64,000 nt of DNA from Octopus vulgaris. Lineage: Eukaryota. The notes under the pieces are model-generated. The model ran no database searches, was not told the DNA's origin, and saw only the letters and a list, made by a program, of their open reading frames with translations. Location: the NCBI GenBank assembly GCA_951406725.2, contig OX597817.1:52824001-52888000 (forward strand), given 5' to 3'. A program made the translations under genes and the position numbers. Positions 1 through 12,345 of the stretch are shown here, in pieces. Each line of letters opens with the position of its first letter. Position 1 is the stretch's first letter.

Positions 1-460
1 TGACCTACACACACACACACATCACTCACAAACGTGTACACATACAGAACCACACACGACCTCGCATAGAATCACAGAATCACACACAAGCTTCTGCATT
101 TGCTGTCCCGTCCCGAGTCCTAAATCATCTGTTTATCTTTGCCTACAACTGAGACAAAATCTTCCTCTCTCTCTCTCACACTTTCCTCACACACATGCAC
201 ACATGTACCACATAAACACAAACACACAATCCCACATGTACCAAGCACACTCATACAAATTATGTATGTCTGTAAATCCATCGGTGTCTTACTTAAAAGC
301 AGATGCCGTAGGGGAAGGTGTTAGGTAGGGTGGCTGCTGATAACGGGTGGATGAGGGAGAAGACTTAACTCTCAACTCAAGACAACAACAACTCACAACT
401 AACAACAACAACAAGATGATGCGAAATGGAATGAAGTAGCTGTTAAGAGGCCTTACTTAC

Positions 461-574
461 GACGACTCAATTGTGTTTGTCCACTTCAACATTACTAAGG
501 CATCAAACCTCCTCTCGTTCTTTCGCTCTTTCAACTCATCAAGTGTTTGTTTGTTTGTTGTCCTGGTGTAGAAT
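461..574 (-). other. Candidate minus-strand exon (114 nt), possibly 5' UTR or first coding exon of a gene extending left of the window
   Basis: On the minus strand the segment is preceded by TTTTACCTTTAG (acceptor-like) and followed by GTAAGTAAGG (consensus donor). One frame is open but has no recognisable homology. It lies in a locally CpG-richer, non-TE block. Confidence 0.3.
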
Positions 575-719
575 CTAAAGGTAAAATCGCTCCAACTGCA
601 TAACACCACCACCGTCTCTTGACTCTCTCCGTCTCACCCACAGCACAGCTTTCTTCACGTATAATAATAATAATAATGCAACAGAACGACGGCACATAAT
701 GGGCCACCTCCTTTGACTG

Positions 720-1122
720 GTGGTCATTTACAGCTAGTAATAATGGTTGTAGTAGTAGTAGTGGTGGTAGAGAGCTGTGCTTTTTGTTGTTGTTCGTCGT
801 AGTTTCAGTAGTAGTAGTAGTAGTGGTAGCAGCAGTGATGGTAGTGGTGGCGGAGGTGGTAGCCGTGTGTATGGTAAGAGAGGAGGGAGAGTTGATTGGT
901 ATGTGGTGCGGAGAGTAGTAGTAGTAGTAGTAATGGTGTTGTGGTGGGTGATGGTGGAGAGAAAGAGGGGGTGTATTGTATGTGTGTGTGTGTGTATGTA
1001 TTAGAAGAAGAAGAGGGGAAAAGAAAAATATCTGGTCGTTGTAATGGAGGTGGCGTTAGCGGCGAAGGAGAAAGTGGGTGGGGAGAGAGATCTTAGATAC
1101 AGAGGTAGATAGATAGATAGAA

Positions 1123-1153
<31 letters not shown>

Positions 1154-1310
1154 CAGAAAGTTTACATTGTCCAATGTGTGCTTTTTAAACACGGTTGATT
1201 TGAGAGAGAGACTAGGCTACTGTTTTTAACATATCTAGTGACTACGAAAATGTTCTCTAATTGGTTCTTACGGCGGGGTTAATGGAAGTAGTAGTAGTAG
1301 TAGTAGTAGT
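720..1310. repeat. Simple-repeat block ((TAG)n, (GGT)n, (GA)n, (GT)n)
   Basis: Tandem tri- and dinucleotide runs are directly visible and generate the spurious poly-S/V/G ORFs. Confidence 0.9.
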
Positions 1311-1869
1311 TTAATCCTGGTCGACTTTGATGAAGCGGATCTAAGACATTCCGTTAATGACTGTCCCGAAGAAATTAACGGCATTTTAAGACTGCATTCT
1401 CTCCCTAACTAATACAGACAAGTTTGAAGAAAAGAAGATTTGGCATGAAGGAGATTTGGCAGCTATTTCTAGCCTGACGATCTACCTTGTACAGGGTCCC
1501 TTATTGTAGTAGTAGTAGTAGTAATGGCGGTGGTGGTGGTAACTAGAAAAACAGATCCAGTCACACCACAATTATAATCAAAATTGTTGTCAAGACAATT
1601 GTCAGATTTCATTTTTGCTTCTGTGTGTGTGTGTATGTGTTTGGACGTGTGTTTATGGTTTGTGGAGACATGTTTATGTATGTGTGTGTGTGAATGCATG
1701 CACAGGGTATATGTGTGTGAAAAAGCGTTTTACTTTTTATACTGTAGTTAATTGCATATGTGAATGTATGCATATATACACATATACATACATGCTAATT
1801 CTTACATAGAAAAGGTCATCGCACACACACACACAGACACACACACAAAGACACACACATACATGAGCA

Positions 1870-2610
1870 AGCGTGGCTGTGTGGTAAGAGACTTGCTTCC
1901 AGTCTCATGGTGCTGGGTTCAATCTCACTGCATGACATCTTGGGCAAGTGTCTTCTACTATAACTTCAGGCTGACCAAAGCTTTGTGAGTGGATTTGGTA
2001 GACGGAAACTGAAAGAAGCCTGTCAGTTCCACCTGACTGGCACCTGTCTTGGTGGCACATAAAAAGCACCATTCAAGTGAGGCTGATGCCAGTGTCGCCT
2101 GACTGCCACCCATGCCGGTGGCACGTAAAAAGCACCATTTGAGTGGGGGTGAAGCCAGTGCCACCTGACTAGCACCCATGCTGGTGGCATGTAAAAGGCA
2201 CCCACTATACTCTCAGAGTGGTTAGCATTAGGAAGGGCATCCAGCTGTAGAAACCTTGCCAAATCCGATTGGAGCCAGGTGTAGCCACCCGGCTTGCCAG
2301 TCCTCAGTCAAACTGTCCAACTCATGCCAGCATGGAAAGAGGATATTAAATGACAATGACAACGATGATGATGATGATATATATATGAGTGTGTTTGTGT
2401 CTGTGTTTGTCCCCCCCCCACCTCCACTTGACAACCAGTGCTGGTGTGTTTACATCCATGTAACTTAACAGTTCAGCAGAAGAAACTGACAGAATAAATT
2501 CCGGGCTTTAAAAAAAATATAAGCCCTGAAGTCTACTCATTCAAGTAAACTCTTTAAGGTTTTGCCCCAGCATGGCCGTTGTCCAATGATAAAAACAAAT
2601 AAAAGATAAA
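1870..2610 (+). mobile_element. tRNA-derived SINE (family 1, central microsatellite) interrupted by an RTE-tail insertion at about 2025-2377
   Basis: Head GGCTGTGTGGTAAG...GGTTCAATCTCAC has A/B-box-like motifs. Body and tail ...CCAGCATGGCCG...AAACAAATAAAAGA match the complete copies at 52122 and 58236. Confidence 0.85.
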
Positions 2611-2633
2611 AGACATATAGGCATGGCTGTGTG

Positions 2634-2808
2634 CCGGGCCAGGCCTAGGTTTGCTGGTGCCCCAGGCAAGCTGAACTTTGGCGTGTACAAGCTGATGGTT
2701 GTAGAAATTTCCTTGCCTTTGTCACACCCTCCTTGGTGCTCCTTATCACATGGCGCCCTTCTCCTCCCAAGTGACTCTCTGAGTTGCTGGTACCTTGAGC
2801 TAGCACTG
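2634..2808. mobile_element. Small hAT-like MITE inserted into a SINE head
   Basis: Degenerate termini CCGGGCC.../...GCACTG. Flanks GCTGTGTG and GTTGTGTA match at 6/8. The SINE head sequence resumes on the far side. Confidence 0.4.
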
Positions 2809-4689
2809 GTTGTGTAGTAAGATGCTTGCTTCCCAACCACATGGTTCCGCAAGATGGGAGAGGCAGCAGCAGCATGAGCCTCTTGCTGGTTATGGAGCCA
2901 GAGAGAGAAAGAGAGGAGTTATGCTGGAAGCCAGAAAGAGATAATGAGTAGTGATTTGGCCACCTCTACTGACCCACCAACAGGAGTGTGTTATGGTTCA
3001 GGGTCAAAGCACCTGAAGATAATTGGATACTTTCAGATGACTTGGTGGTTGTTATAATGTCTAAGTTCCACCAAATCCTTTTGACCAATTGGTCTTCGTT
3101 GACAGAGCGGCTAACTGGCTTCCGTGCCAGTGGCACATAAAAGGCACCATTCGAGTGTGATCATTACCAGCGTCGCCTTACTGGCACTTGTGCTCATGCT
3201 AGTAGGGTGCCAAGAGCACCATTCGAGCGTGATCGTTTCCAGAGCAGCCAACTTGTATGAATGCATGTATGTATTTGTATATTTCTATGCATGAACGTAT
3301 GTATGTAGGTGTGTGTATGGATATGGATGTATGTGTGTGTGTATTTATATGATTTCTGTATATTTGATGTAGGGTAGCAGCAGGCCTTAAGAAACAAGAC
3401 ACACCCTGATATTATAATGTCTGTCATTCCATGAAGCAGCCGCCACCACTTGACACCCCCACTCTCCTAAATACATTGTCTTCATACTTTCATTATTGAA
3501 GGTGCAACAGGTGTGTTATATGCAAATATGACAAGATCACATCATTAGATATCCCCTGTGATAGAGTATTGAAGGTTTTGTTTAGGCCCAGGTCAGCTTT
3601 GATCCAGCAGACAACAATCAAATGTGTTAAAGCCGTGATTTGTTTCTCAACTATATGGTTCCAGGTTCAGTCCCACTGCATGGCACCCTTGGGCAATGTC
3701 TTCTGTTATAGCGTCAGGCTGATCAAAGCCTTCTGAGCGGATTTGGTTGTTAGAAACTGAACGAAGCCTATCATACATATGTTTGTAAAACTCATATTCA
3801 ATTTCTTTAATTCTTGATATCATTTCTACTCTGTGTAAGTCAGACCTTTTTATGTCCATTTCTCCCCTTTTGGCCACTCTGTTAGCACGCCACGTTTCTC
3901 CAACACCTTTCTGGATCTTTCCACTGCCCCCAGGGTGCCAATACCACCCACTTTGAGAACCACTGGGCTGGCAAAGTAAACTGCAGCCTTGCCAATGTAT
4001 ACTGGCTTCAAATTTTGTCCCAAGGCTAGCAGTTTCGGAGGAGCGGGGATTAAGCTGATGGCACTGACCCCAGTGCTCAGCTGGTACTTACTTTATCGAC
4101 CCTGAAAAGATGAAAGGCAAAGTGGCCCTTGGCGGAATTCAAACACAGAATGTAAAGACAGCCAAAATGCCACAATGCATTTTGCCTGGGATGCTAATGA
4201 TTCGTTAGGCTCCATTTTAATAGTAGTGGTTGTTGTTGTTGTTGATAATGTAATAGTGTTGATAACTGTGGTGGTGGCAGTAGCGACGGCAGCAGTGGTA
4301 GTGGTTGTAGTACTGATGGTAGAGATGGTGTTGTTTTTTATTTAGCACCAGGTCATCTCTGACCTGATCAAACAGATCTCTATAACCAAAGACATCCTAC
4401 CTGTGGCCACCCAATCTTCTCCTTATGTAATGGGCATCACAGGGTCCAGTGGGTCTTTTTGTGAGACAGTAGTGATGTGACATGAGGGAGACTTGGCTCT
4501 TATTTCTAGCAAGTTGAGCAACCATACAGAGGCTTGCTAAATGGTTTGTTGTTGTTGGTGGTGGTGGTGATGGTGGTGGTGGTGAGTTTAAGAGGAGGTC
4601 ATTTAATCATTATTCATCATTGCTTGTGTGTAAATGTTCAGGCTGGTGTGTGGGTGAATGATGAATGTTGATAGATATTCCAGCTACTG

Positions 4690-4727
<38 letters not shown>

Positions 4728-4949
4728 TTGAGTTAATGAGGGAACCTCTATGTGGTCTTTCAACTTACAAGAAATAGCAACCATATTTCCTTAAATCACA
4801 TTCTACTCTCTTAAAAAGGAAGGGGACACCTTGGTAATGTAGTCCTCAGTTCCATGCACATAGAAAAAAAAGACCGGATGGTCACAGCTGGAATGTCTTT
4901 GATCATAGATTCGCTTTGATCAAGATTTACCTGGGGCTAGTCACTCGCA

Positions 4950-5300
4950 ACAACCACAGCAACAATTGGTAAAGACCCCCTTCAGTCATGAATGACCATA
5001 GGATTGCACCTAGGAAGTTCCTCTCCAAGGCACAAGTCCAGGTAAGGTTGTTTATGGAAGACCAGCAGTAGCTCATGCATACCAGCTTCCTCTCTCTATG
5101 CCACTGATGTTGTCCAAGGAAACGCCAAAAGCCAACTTGACACAAGTGACGTCACAACTCGTTTCTATAGCTGAGTGAACTGGAGCAACATGAGAATAAA
5201 GAGTTTTGCTCAAGAATGTAATACCCAACCTGGTCTGGGAACCGAATTCACTATCTCTTGATTGTGAGCCTGAAGCTCCAACCACTGAGCCATGCGCCTT
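4950..5300 (-). mobile_element. tRNA-derived SINE related to family 5 (degenerate)
   Basis: Shares the reverse complement of ...CTTGAGCAAAAC...TGCTCCAGTTCACTCAGCT with the copy at 45588-45917. Confidence 0.6.
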
Positions 5301-5543
5301 CACACAACAACAGTTACATACATAATAAACACACTCTCTCTCATACTCATACATTTTAATGTAGAGTTGTAAATACATTGAGCCAACATTACATCCATTG
5401 TGATACACCTCCAGTTAATTAAAACAATATGGAACATTGATGAGATTCCTAATTTAATTGTGAAACCTGATGTATAAATTAGAATTTCTTAATTGATATA
5501 ATTATTATGCTAACCTATTATTATTATTATTATTATTATTATT

Positions 5544-5905
5544 AAGGCAGCAAGCTGGCAGAATCGTTATCATGCTGGATGAAATGCTTGGCAATATTTT
5601 GTCTGCCGCTACGTTCTGTGTTCAAATTCCACCAAAGTTGACTTTGCCTTTCATCCTTTCGGGGTCGATAAATTAAGTACCAGTTGTGTAATGGGGTCAA
5701 TGTAATTGACTTAATCCCTTCCCCCAAATTTGAAGCCTTGTGCTTCCAGTAGAAAGAATTATCATTATTATTATTATTCCACTGAGGTCAACTTTGCATT
5801 TCATCTTTACAGGGTTGATAAAATAAGTACCAGTTGACTACTGGGGTCAATGTAATCAACTAGCCCCCTCCTTCAAAATTTCAGGCCTTGTGCCCTATTG
5901 TAGAA
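5544..5905 (+). mobile_element. Two tandem copies of SINE family 2
   Basis: Head AAGGCAGCAAGCTGGCAGAATCGTTA and core GACTTTGCCTTTCATCCTTTCGGGGTCGATAAATTAAGTACCAG, flanked by (ATT)n. Other copies lie at about 4010, 6725, 43590, 43835, 44420, 45998, 46246, 52550, 59541, 62350 and 63378. Confidence 0.85.
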
Positions 5906-6139
5906 AGGATTATTATTATCATTATTATTATTATTATAATTATTAGTGAGAGAGTAGCACACACCATCAAAATGATGCTGGGGTATAAATATATGAAGTC
6001 TGATATACCCATCATGACTACCCATCTGATAAGGGTACACCAGGCACATGCAACATAACCATATGTGTGCAATATGGTGACCAGTTGCAGATGGGGCCCA
6101 GTTAGAGCCTATCCTGCTCAAACGGTCCCTGATAATTCA

Positions 6140-6370
6140 GTTTCTGAAGATTATAAACAGTTAACTGGAAATAAATTTAAGGTAAGATTTAAACAGTATC
6201 AGCATTCTTTTAAAAATCAGGAAAGATTTTCAGTAAATGTAAATAAAAATTTATTACTTTTATCTTCATATAAACAGCTCAGTCTTTCCAGACTGGCAAT
6301 ATGTCACCAATTTGGTAAATCTGTTAATTCTGTTAAATATGTCAAACATTTGTACCAGATTATAAATCGA
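6140..6370 (+). pseudogene. Possible Penelope-like GIY-YIG endonuclease remnant
   Basis: Translation EDYKQLTGNKFKVRFKQYQHSFKNQE resembles the YIG-x-T...FKxR...HxxSF segment of Penelope endonucleases. It is short and degraded. Confidence 0.4.
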
Positions 6371-6372
6371 GA

Positions 6373-6668
6373 GGATCTTTTCACTTTGACCAGCAGCTTT
6401 TTAAAATAATTTCTTTGTAACTAAACACTTTTAAACTTCGTATACAACTGCAGAAATTGTATTCACCTCAATAGTCGTCATTGATTGGTTGAAATTGCCG
6501 AAATGCAAGAAATTTAATAAGAAATAGCTTACAAACTACAGAATTTTCTCAAGAAAGCCAAGAGAAAAAGATGTTTTATGTAACACATTCTACCAGTATA
6601 CGAAGTTTAAAAGTGTTTAGTTACAAAGAAATTATTTAAAAAATCTGCCGGTCAAAGTGAAAAGATCC
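6373..6668. mobile_element. MITE with TIRs of about 70 bp and a near-perfect 8-bp TSD
   Basis: GGATCTTTTCACTTTGACC...CTTCGTATAC at the left end is mirrored by GTATACGAAG...GGTCAAAGTGAAAAGATCC. Flanks are AATCGAGA and AAACGAGA. Confidence 0.85.
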
Positions 6669-7671
6669 AAACGAGAGTTTATTTTGGCCAGGGAACATGG
6701 ATAACCACTAGACCTGAATATTCTTTTCTACTATAGGTGCAGGCTTGAAATTTTGAGGGGAGGGAGTTTGTTGATTATATTGACCCCAGTGTGCAACTGG
6801 TACCTATTTTACTGACCTGGAAAGGATAAAAAGCAAAGTTGACCGTGGCAGAATTTGAACTTAGAGTGTATAGAGAGACGAAATGCTGCTAAGCATTTTG
6901 CTTGATGTGCTAACGATTCTACCATTTCACCACCTTGTCATACCTGAATATCAGTGCTAATTTACGGTGCATTATTATATCAAAGACGAATTAAAAAGCA
7001 TTTGCTAAGATTGAAATCTTTATTTATTGCTGCTTAAAAAAATGTTCTTCAATCAGGGTTGAAATCAGTGAGTAAAAGGAATGGATTCATAGAGAAAAAC
7101 TTCAATGAAAAGTGAGTGAAATGAAAACAGTTATTGTTGTAGCCATTGATCACATGACCATTAATGACATACAGGAAAGAGAGACCTTCATCTTCTGTGT
7201 CAGAGGTTCTGTCTTTCTGTTCTTTAGTTACAATTTGATGGCATGCTGAAAAAATGTGTGCTTTTATCACAGAAAATTTTATATAATCCACCATTCCATG
7301 CTGACCAGTAATCACAAGGCTATACTTATCCTGACCTGTTGACATTCCACTGAGTTTATACAAAAGAACTTTAATAATGATATGCCATATGAAGCAACAC
7401 CCCCACCCACCGTTTAACAGGTCAACTCACATGACAGCTCATGACTATTACCACAGCTGTCTTCATTCTGTCATTTACTATACAAAAGAACACACCTTGT
7501 CTCTCTGTAAAGAGCAACTAGTAGCTTTAGAGGATAACAACATAACTATATTTTATTTAGATATAAATGTCCCTAGTTCAATTCTAATCTAGGACTCTGT
7601 ATATATCCAGGGGGGAAAAAAATCACTTGATAAATATCAAATTAATTTATAATCTTGAGTGCGTGCATCAA

Positions 7672-8064
7672 TCTCTCTCTATATAAAGCTGAAGTTGTCT
7701 GTGTATGGCAGGTTTGGTAGCCTACAACAAACTCTATCTCCTTCGAGACCCTGCATCGCAAGTTGACCAAAATTGAGAGTATGATAAAAGAAGGCTTGCT
7801 CTTCATTTCATAGAAGATAAAATTCAAATCGGACCACGTTAACACCAAAAATTATTTACATCAAAAACGTGCTTTTTTTCTATGAAAATCCCTATTTTTT
7901 ACAATTTTTTTACTGCTGTGTCACCATTTTTCGGTGTATTTCAACCAGAAAAATGTTCACTTAAAAGAGAATAAGAAGCTACCTAATGCAAAATTTTTAC
8001 TTTTCAAAAATTCCAATTCTAAAGGGTCGAAACAAACCCAAGCAACGCTGGGCGATACTGCTAG
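7672..8064 (+). mobile_element. Non-autonomous Helitron
   Basis: Starts A|TCTCTCTCTATATAAA and ends with a subterminal hairpin CCCAAGCAACGCTGGG followed by CTAG|T. No TSD. The 3' end is shared with 58859-59346. Confidence 0.8.
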
Positions 8065-8394
8065 TTAAAAATATTACTTAAAAGAATTTTTTTTGAATAT
8101 TGCTTAAACAGTAAAACACGTTCATGATTTCAATTGCATGGGCACTTTTATAATAATATTACCATGAGAAGAAGAAATTAAATTAAGTTTGAAGCAGCCG
8201 TTTTCACACATGTTGTACACAAAGGTTTCTAAATGAAAGGATATAATGATGTTTCCTTCAAACTTTCATTCATTTCATACTTCAAAAAATACTCAAACAG
8301 GGAATATTCATGAGAAAACCAAGCTTGGTTTACCTGCTGGGGATCAGAAACGAGCAACTTAGAGTAGTGGAAATCAGAGCTTTTCAGTTCAACA

Positions 8395-8835
8395 TCATCA
8401 TTTAATGTCTGTTTTTCATGCTGGCATGGGTTGGATGGTTTGACTGAGGTCTGGAGAGCCAGTGGCTGCACCAGGCTCCAATCTGATCTGACAATGTTTC
8501 TACAGTTGGGTGCCCTTCCTAACGCCAACCACTCTGAGAGTGTAGTGAGTGCTTTTTCTGTGCCACCAGCACAGGAGCCAGTCAGGCAGGCCTGGCATCA
8601 ATCACGTTCGGATAGTGCATTTTACGTGCCACCAGCACAGGGCCAGTCAGTGAATATTGGCATTGGCCACGTTCAGATGGTGCTTTTTACATGCCACCGG
8701 CATGGGGGCCAATCAGGGGTACTGGCATCAGCCATGTTTGGATGGTGCTTTTTATGTGCCACCGGCATGGGGCCCAGTCAGGGGTACTGGCATTGGCCAC
8801 GTTTGGATGGTACTTTTTACGTGCCACTGGCACGG
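8395..8835 (-). mobile_element. RTE-type 3' UTR/tail element with five tandem units of about 65 bp
   Basis: (GAT)n tail, GGAAGGGCA.CCA.CTGTAGAAAC motif, and the repeat unit GTGGCACGTAAAAAGCACC at about 65-bp period. Family copies lie at about 2025, 9158, 19430, 20600, 21745, 28072, 28920, 34992, 36158, 37388, 40800, 42990, 44040, 53821 and 54853. Confidence 0.85.
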
Positions 8836-8874
8836 GGGACAGTTATAATGTATTAAAGAATATTTACATTTGTA

Positions 8875-9078
8875 CGAGGGGGTGCTGAAATGTTCCTAGC
8901 TTTAAGTCCTGGCTGGAGGCCCAAACTTTTGAGTTTTTTTTACAAGGCTTAGAAAATTTGAACAACCACTGCAATAAGTGTGTAAATCTAAGAAGGGAAT
9001 ATGTTGAATAAAATCATAATTAACTGATTCTCCTGTCTTTTCTTTTACCCAAAGCCAGGAACTTTTTGGCACCCCTCA
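8875..9078 (+). mobile_element. Internally deleted mariner (MITE-like)
   Basis: TA|CGAGGGGGTGCTGAAATGTTCCTAGCTTT at the left and AAAGCCAGGAACTTTTTGGCACCCCTCA|TA at the right. The interior retains a mariner C-terminus-like stretch (...CNKCVNL...EYVE*). Confidence 0.75.
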
Positions 9079-9630
9079 TATTGAGCCCTGTAATTTATTG
9101 CTTCTGGTGAATCAACAGATACACACACACACACATGCAATAAATATGAAAGTACTAAGCACCCATTAAACTCTTGGAGTGGTTGGTGTTAGGAAGGGCA
9201 TCCAGTCATAGAAACCATGCCAAATCAGACTGGAGTCTGGTGCAGCCTTCTAGCTTGCCAGCCCTGATCAAACTGTCAAACCCATGCCAGTATGGACAAT
9301 GGATGTTAAATGATGATAATGATGATGATGATGATGATGATAATTATAATTTGAAGGACAATCTCAGACATTATGTTTGTATTTGGTAATGGGACCATAA
9401 CTATTAGGGCATTGAATCCTAACTACCATGAACATGTCTAAATATATGGTATGAGTATGTCTAAAAATATGCCATGAATATGTCTAAAAATATGGCATCT
9501 GATAATAAATTACTTCAAAATCCAGTCTGAGATTATGTTAGACATCCAGTATTAAAACACCTGATAATGATCTAAAATCAGATCTCTTATCCCAAATCTT
9601 AAATTGGGTTGATCTCAGCCCATCAAAATA

Positions 9631-10909
9631 CAGGGGTTAGACAAAATAATGGAAACACCTAGCATCATAGCATCATAATTTTGAAATATTCATAAAACTG
9701 CCAAAAGCTGGTTTATTTTTATGTCTTTTGATTTATTATTAGTGTTGCTTAATATGTTTTGCTAAAATTGCTGTTTCTTTTCGGACATCATCAGAAAAAG
9801 GTAATTAAATTCTTTAAAATGACAGATCTATCGGGCTTTCAAAGAGATCAAATTGTTGGTGCTTGTATGGCAGGCACTAGCGTAACGAAAATAGCCAAAA
9901 TGTTTGGTGTATCAAGAAGTACTGTCTCAGAAGTAATGACAGCCTTTGAGAAAGAGGGAAAAAAATCTCCTTGTCGAAACAAAACTGCAGAAAAGAACCA
10001 AAACTTTCAGATAGGGACTGTCAGACTCTTATGTGAATTGTTAGAAAGGATCACAAAAGTACAGCTCCCAAAATTACTGCAGAGCTTAATGACCACCTTG
10101 AGAACCTAGTTTCCACAAAAACTGTTCACTGGGAGCTGCACAAAGCCAGATTTTCCATGAGGGCTGCAATCAGAAAACCACTACTTTCAAAAACAAATGT
10201 TGCAAAGCATTTAGAGTGGAGTAAAATCCTACAGAATTGGTCCCTAGAGCAGTGGAAGAATGTTATTTTCTCGGACAATTCATCCTTTACCTTATTTCCA
10301 ACCACCAGCTGAGTATACGTGTGGAGACAGCCAAAAGAAGCATTTGACCAAGACTGCCTTCTTCCAACTGTTAAACATGGAGGAGGATCTGTGATGATCT
10401 GGGGGGAGGGGCTATATTTTGGAAATCTGCTGGCCCAATGGTTTCCCTTCATGGCAAAATTAATAGTCAAGACTATTTAAGCATTTTATCTGATCAAATT
10501 CATCCTATGGTTGTGGAACTGTTTCCAGAGGGAAATGCAATCTTTCAGAATGATAATGCACCAATTCACACAGCTAAAGTTGTTACTGAATGGCATGAGG
10601 AACATTCTAGTGAAGTTGAACATCTTATCTGGCCACCACAGTCCCCAGATCTCAATATTATTGAACATTTATGGTGCATTTTAGAAAAACAAGTAAGGAG
10701 TTGATATCCTCCACCATCGTCACTACAAGAACTGGAGACTGTTTTAGCTGAAGAATGGACAAAAATTCCTTGGGAAACAATTCAAACTTTGTATGAGTTC
10801 ATACCTCATAGAATTCAAGCTGTAATTACTGCCAATGGCTGTCCTATCCCATATTGAAATAAATTTGTTTGAAATTTTAAGGTGTTTCCATTATTTTGTC
10901 CAACCCCTG
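9631..10909 (+). mobile_element. Full-length decayed Tc1-superfamily transposon, DD36E type
   Basis: TA TSDs at 9629-9630 and 10910-10911. TIRs of about 30 bp: CAGGGGTTAGACAAAATAATGGAAACACCT and AGGTGTTTCCATTATTTTGTCCAACCCCTG. Confidence 0.95.
9819..10857 (+). pseudogene. Tc1-like transposase pseudogene (frameshifts and stops)
   Basis: MTDLSGFQRDQIVG...AKMFGVSRSTVS (paired-like HTH), [16 protein letters not shown] and FQNDNAPIH...WPPQSPDLNIIEHLW, split over several frames. Confidence 0.92.
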
Positions 10910-11339
10910 TATGTCTTAACCTGGATAGACATATTCAGGATTAAGGCATCGGATGATGGTGGTGATGGCCCCAATCCAGTTTAAAATCAAATCATATCTA
11001 AAGAAATCCTAAAGATGATTGAGGAACAAATATTGGCACCGGCATGACTGTGGTTAAGAAGTTTGCTTTGTGGAATGGCCCTCTTGAGCAAGTATCTCCT
11101 ACCACACTTACAGGTTTACTCGCATCTTCTGAGTGGAATTGGTAGAGTGAACCAGTCTGGGATTCTCCAGGTAAAAAAAATCAAAACAAAGGAAAATGAT
11201 TCACATTCTTCAATACAATTGGCTCAAAAGCTGGCAGCACTAGAAGGGTGTCCCCCACAGACAGCCAAAGATCCAGGCAATATATTTGGTCCATCTGTCA
11301 GAGAGAACAACAATGGTAGTCTCTCTGATGAGCTTCTTC

Positions 11340-11550
11340 TATTCTTTTACTTGTTTCAGTCATTTGACTGCAGCCATGCTGGAGCACCACCCTTAGTTGA
11401 GCACACTGACCCCAGGACTTATTCTTTGTAAACCTATCAGTCTCTAATGCTGAACTGCTAAGTTACAGGGGACGTAAACACACCAGCATCAGTTTCAAGC
11501 AATGTTGGGTGGGGGACAAACACAGACACACAAACATATATATATACACA

Positions 11551-11598
<48 letters not shown>

Positions 11599-11755
11599 TA
11601 TCTGGCTTCTTTCAGTTTCTGTCTACCAAATCCACTCACAAGGCTTTGGTCGGCCCAAGGCTATAGTAGAAGACACTTGTCCAAAGTGCCAGGCAGTGGG
11701 ACTGAACCCAGAACCATGTGGCTGGTAAGCAGGCTACTTACCACACAGCCACTCC
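11340..11755 (-). mobile_element. SINE family 1
   Basis: Reverse complement of the complete family-1 copies, with an internal (TA)n run. Another minus copy lies at about 12900-13283. Confidence 0.85.
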
Positions 11756-12067
11756 ACACTTTCCTTCCTGCAGCTAAATTTATACTTGGATTATTTGATC
11801 AATGCAAGACAAAATAGAATATTTGAGTGCTGTACTGTGGAATTGAACCTGAAACACATGGAGTTACGGATAAATATCTTAAGCTCACAGCCATGCTTGT
11901 TATTAGAAATATTTCCAATAGGAATGTAATTAGTTTGATTGGCTTAGTTAATTAGTTAATTCACTGAAGGAGGACGTAATTTAGTTTGTCTGATGGAAAA
12001 ACCATTGTGATTGTAGCTAAATAAATATAAAATACTTGAATAGGCTTACAGCTAACTGATAACAGGG

Positions 12068-12345
12068 CCATGGTGATGGTGGTGGTGGTGTTAGTGATGG
12101 CAGTGGTGGTCATGGTCGTGGTAATTGTAGTGGTGTTGGTGGTGGTTGTGGTGATGGTGGTAGTGGTGATGGTGGTTGTGGTGGTGATGGTGGTGGTGTT
12201 GGTAGTGGCAGTGGTAGCGGTGGTGGTGGTCGTGGTGATAGTAGTGGTGTTGGTGTTAGTGGTGGTGGTGATGGTGGTGGCTGTGGTGATGGTGGTGGTG
12301 GTGGTGTGGTGGGGAGTAATGAATGACAATGATGATGATGGTAGA
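12068..12345. repeat. Degenerate (GGT)n triplet array
   Basis: Directly visible. Similar arrays lie at about 18215-18520 and 32330-32535. Confidence 0.9.

Noticed and set aside
7049-7363. 104-aa ORF in non-repetitive-looking sequence
   Set aside because: No recognisable motif or exon boundaries; its length is compatible with chance.
8545-8835. CRISPR-like repeat-spacer pattern
   Set aside because: The intervening segments are homologous to each other, the array is part of a dispersed retroelement tail, the DNA is eukaryotic and there are no cas genes.
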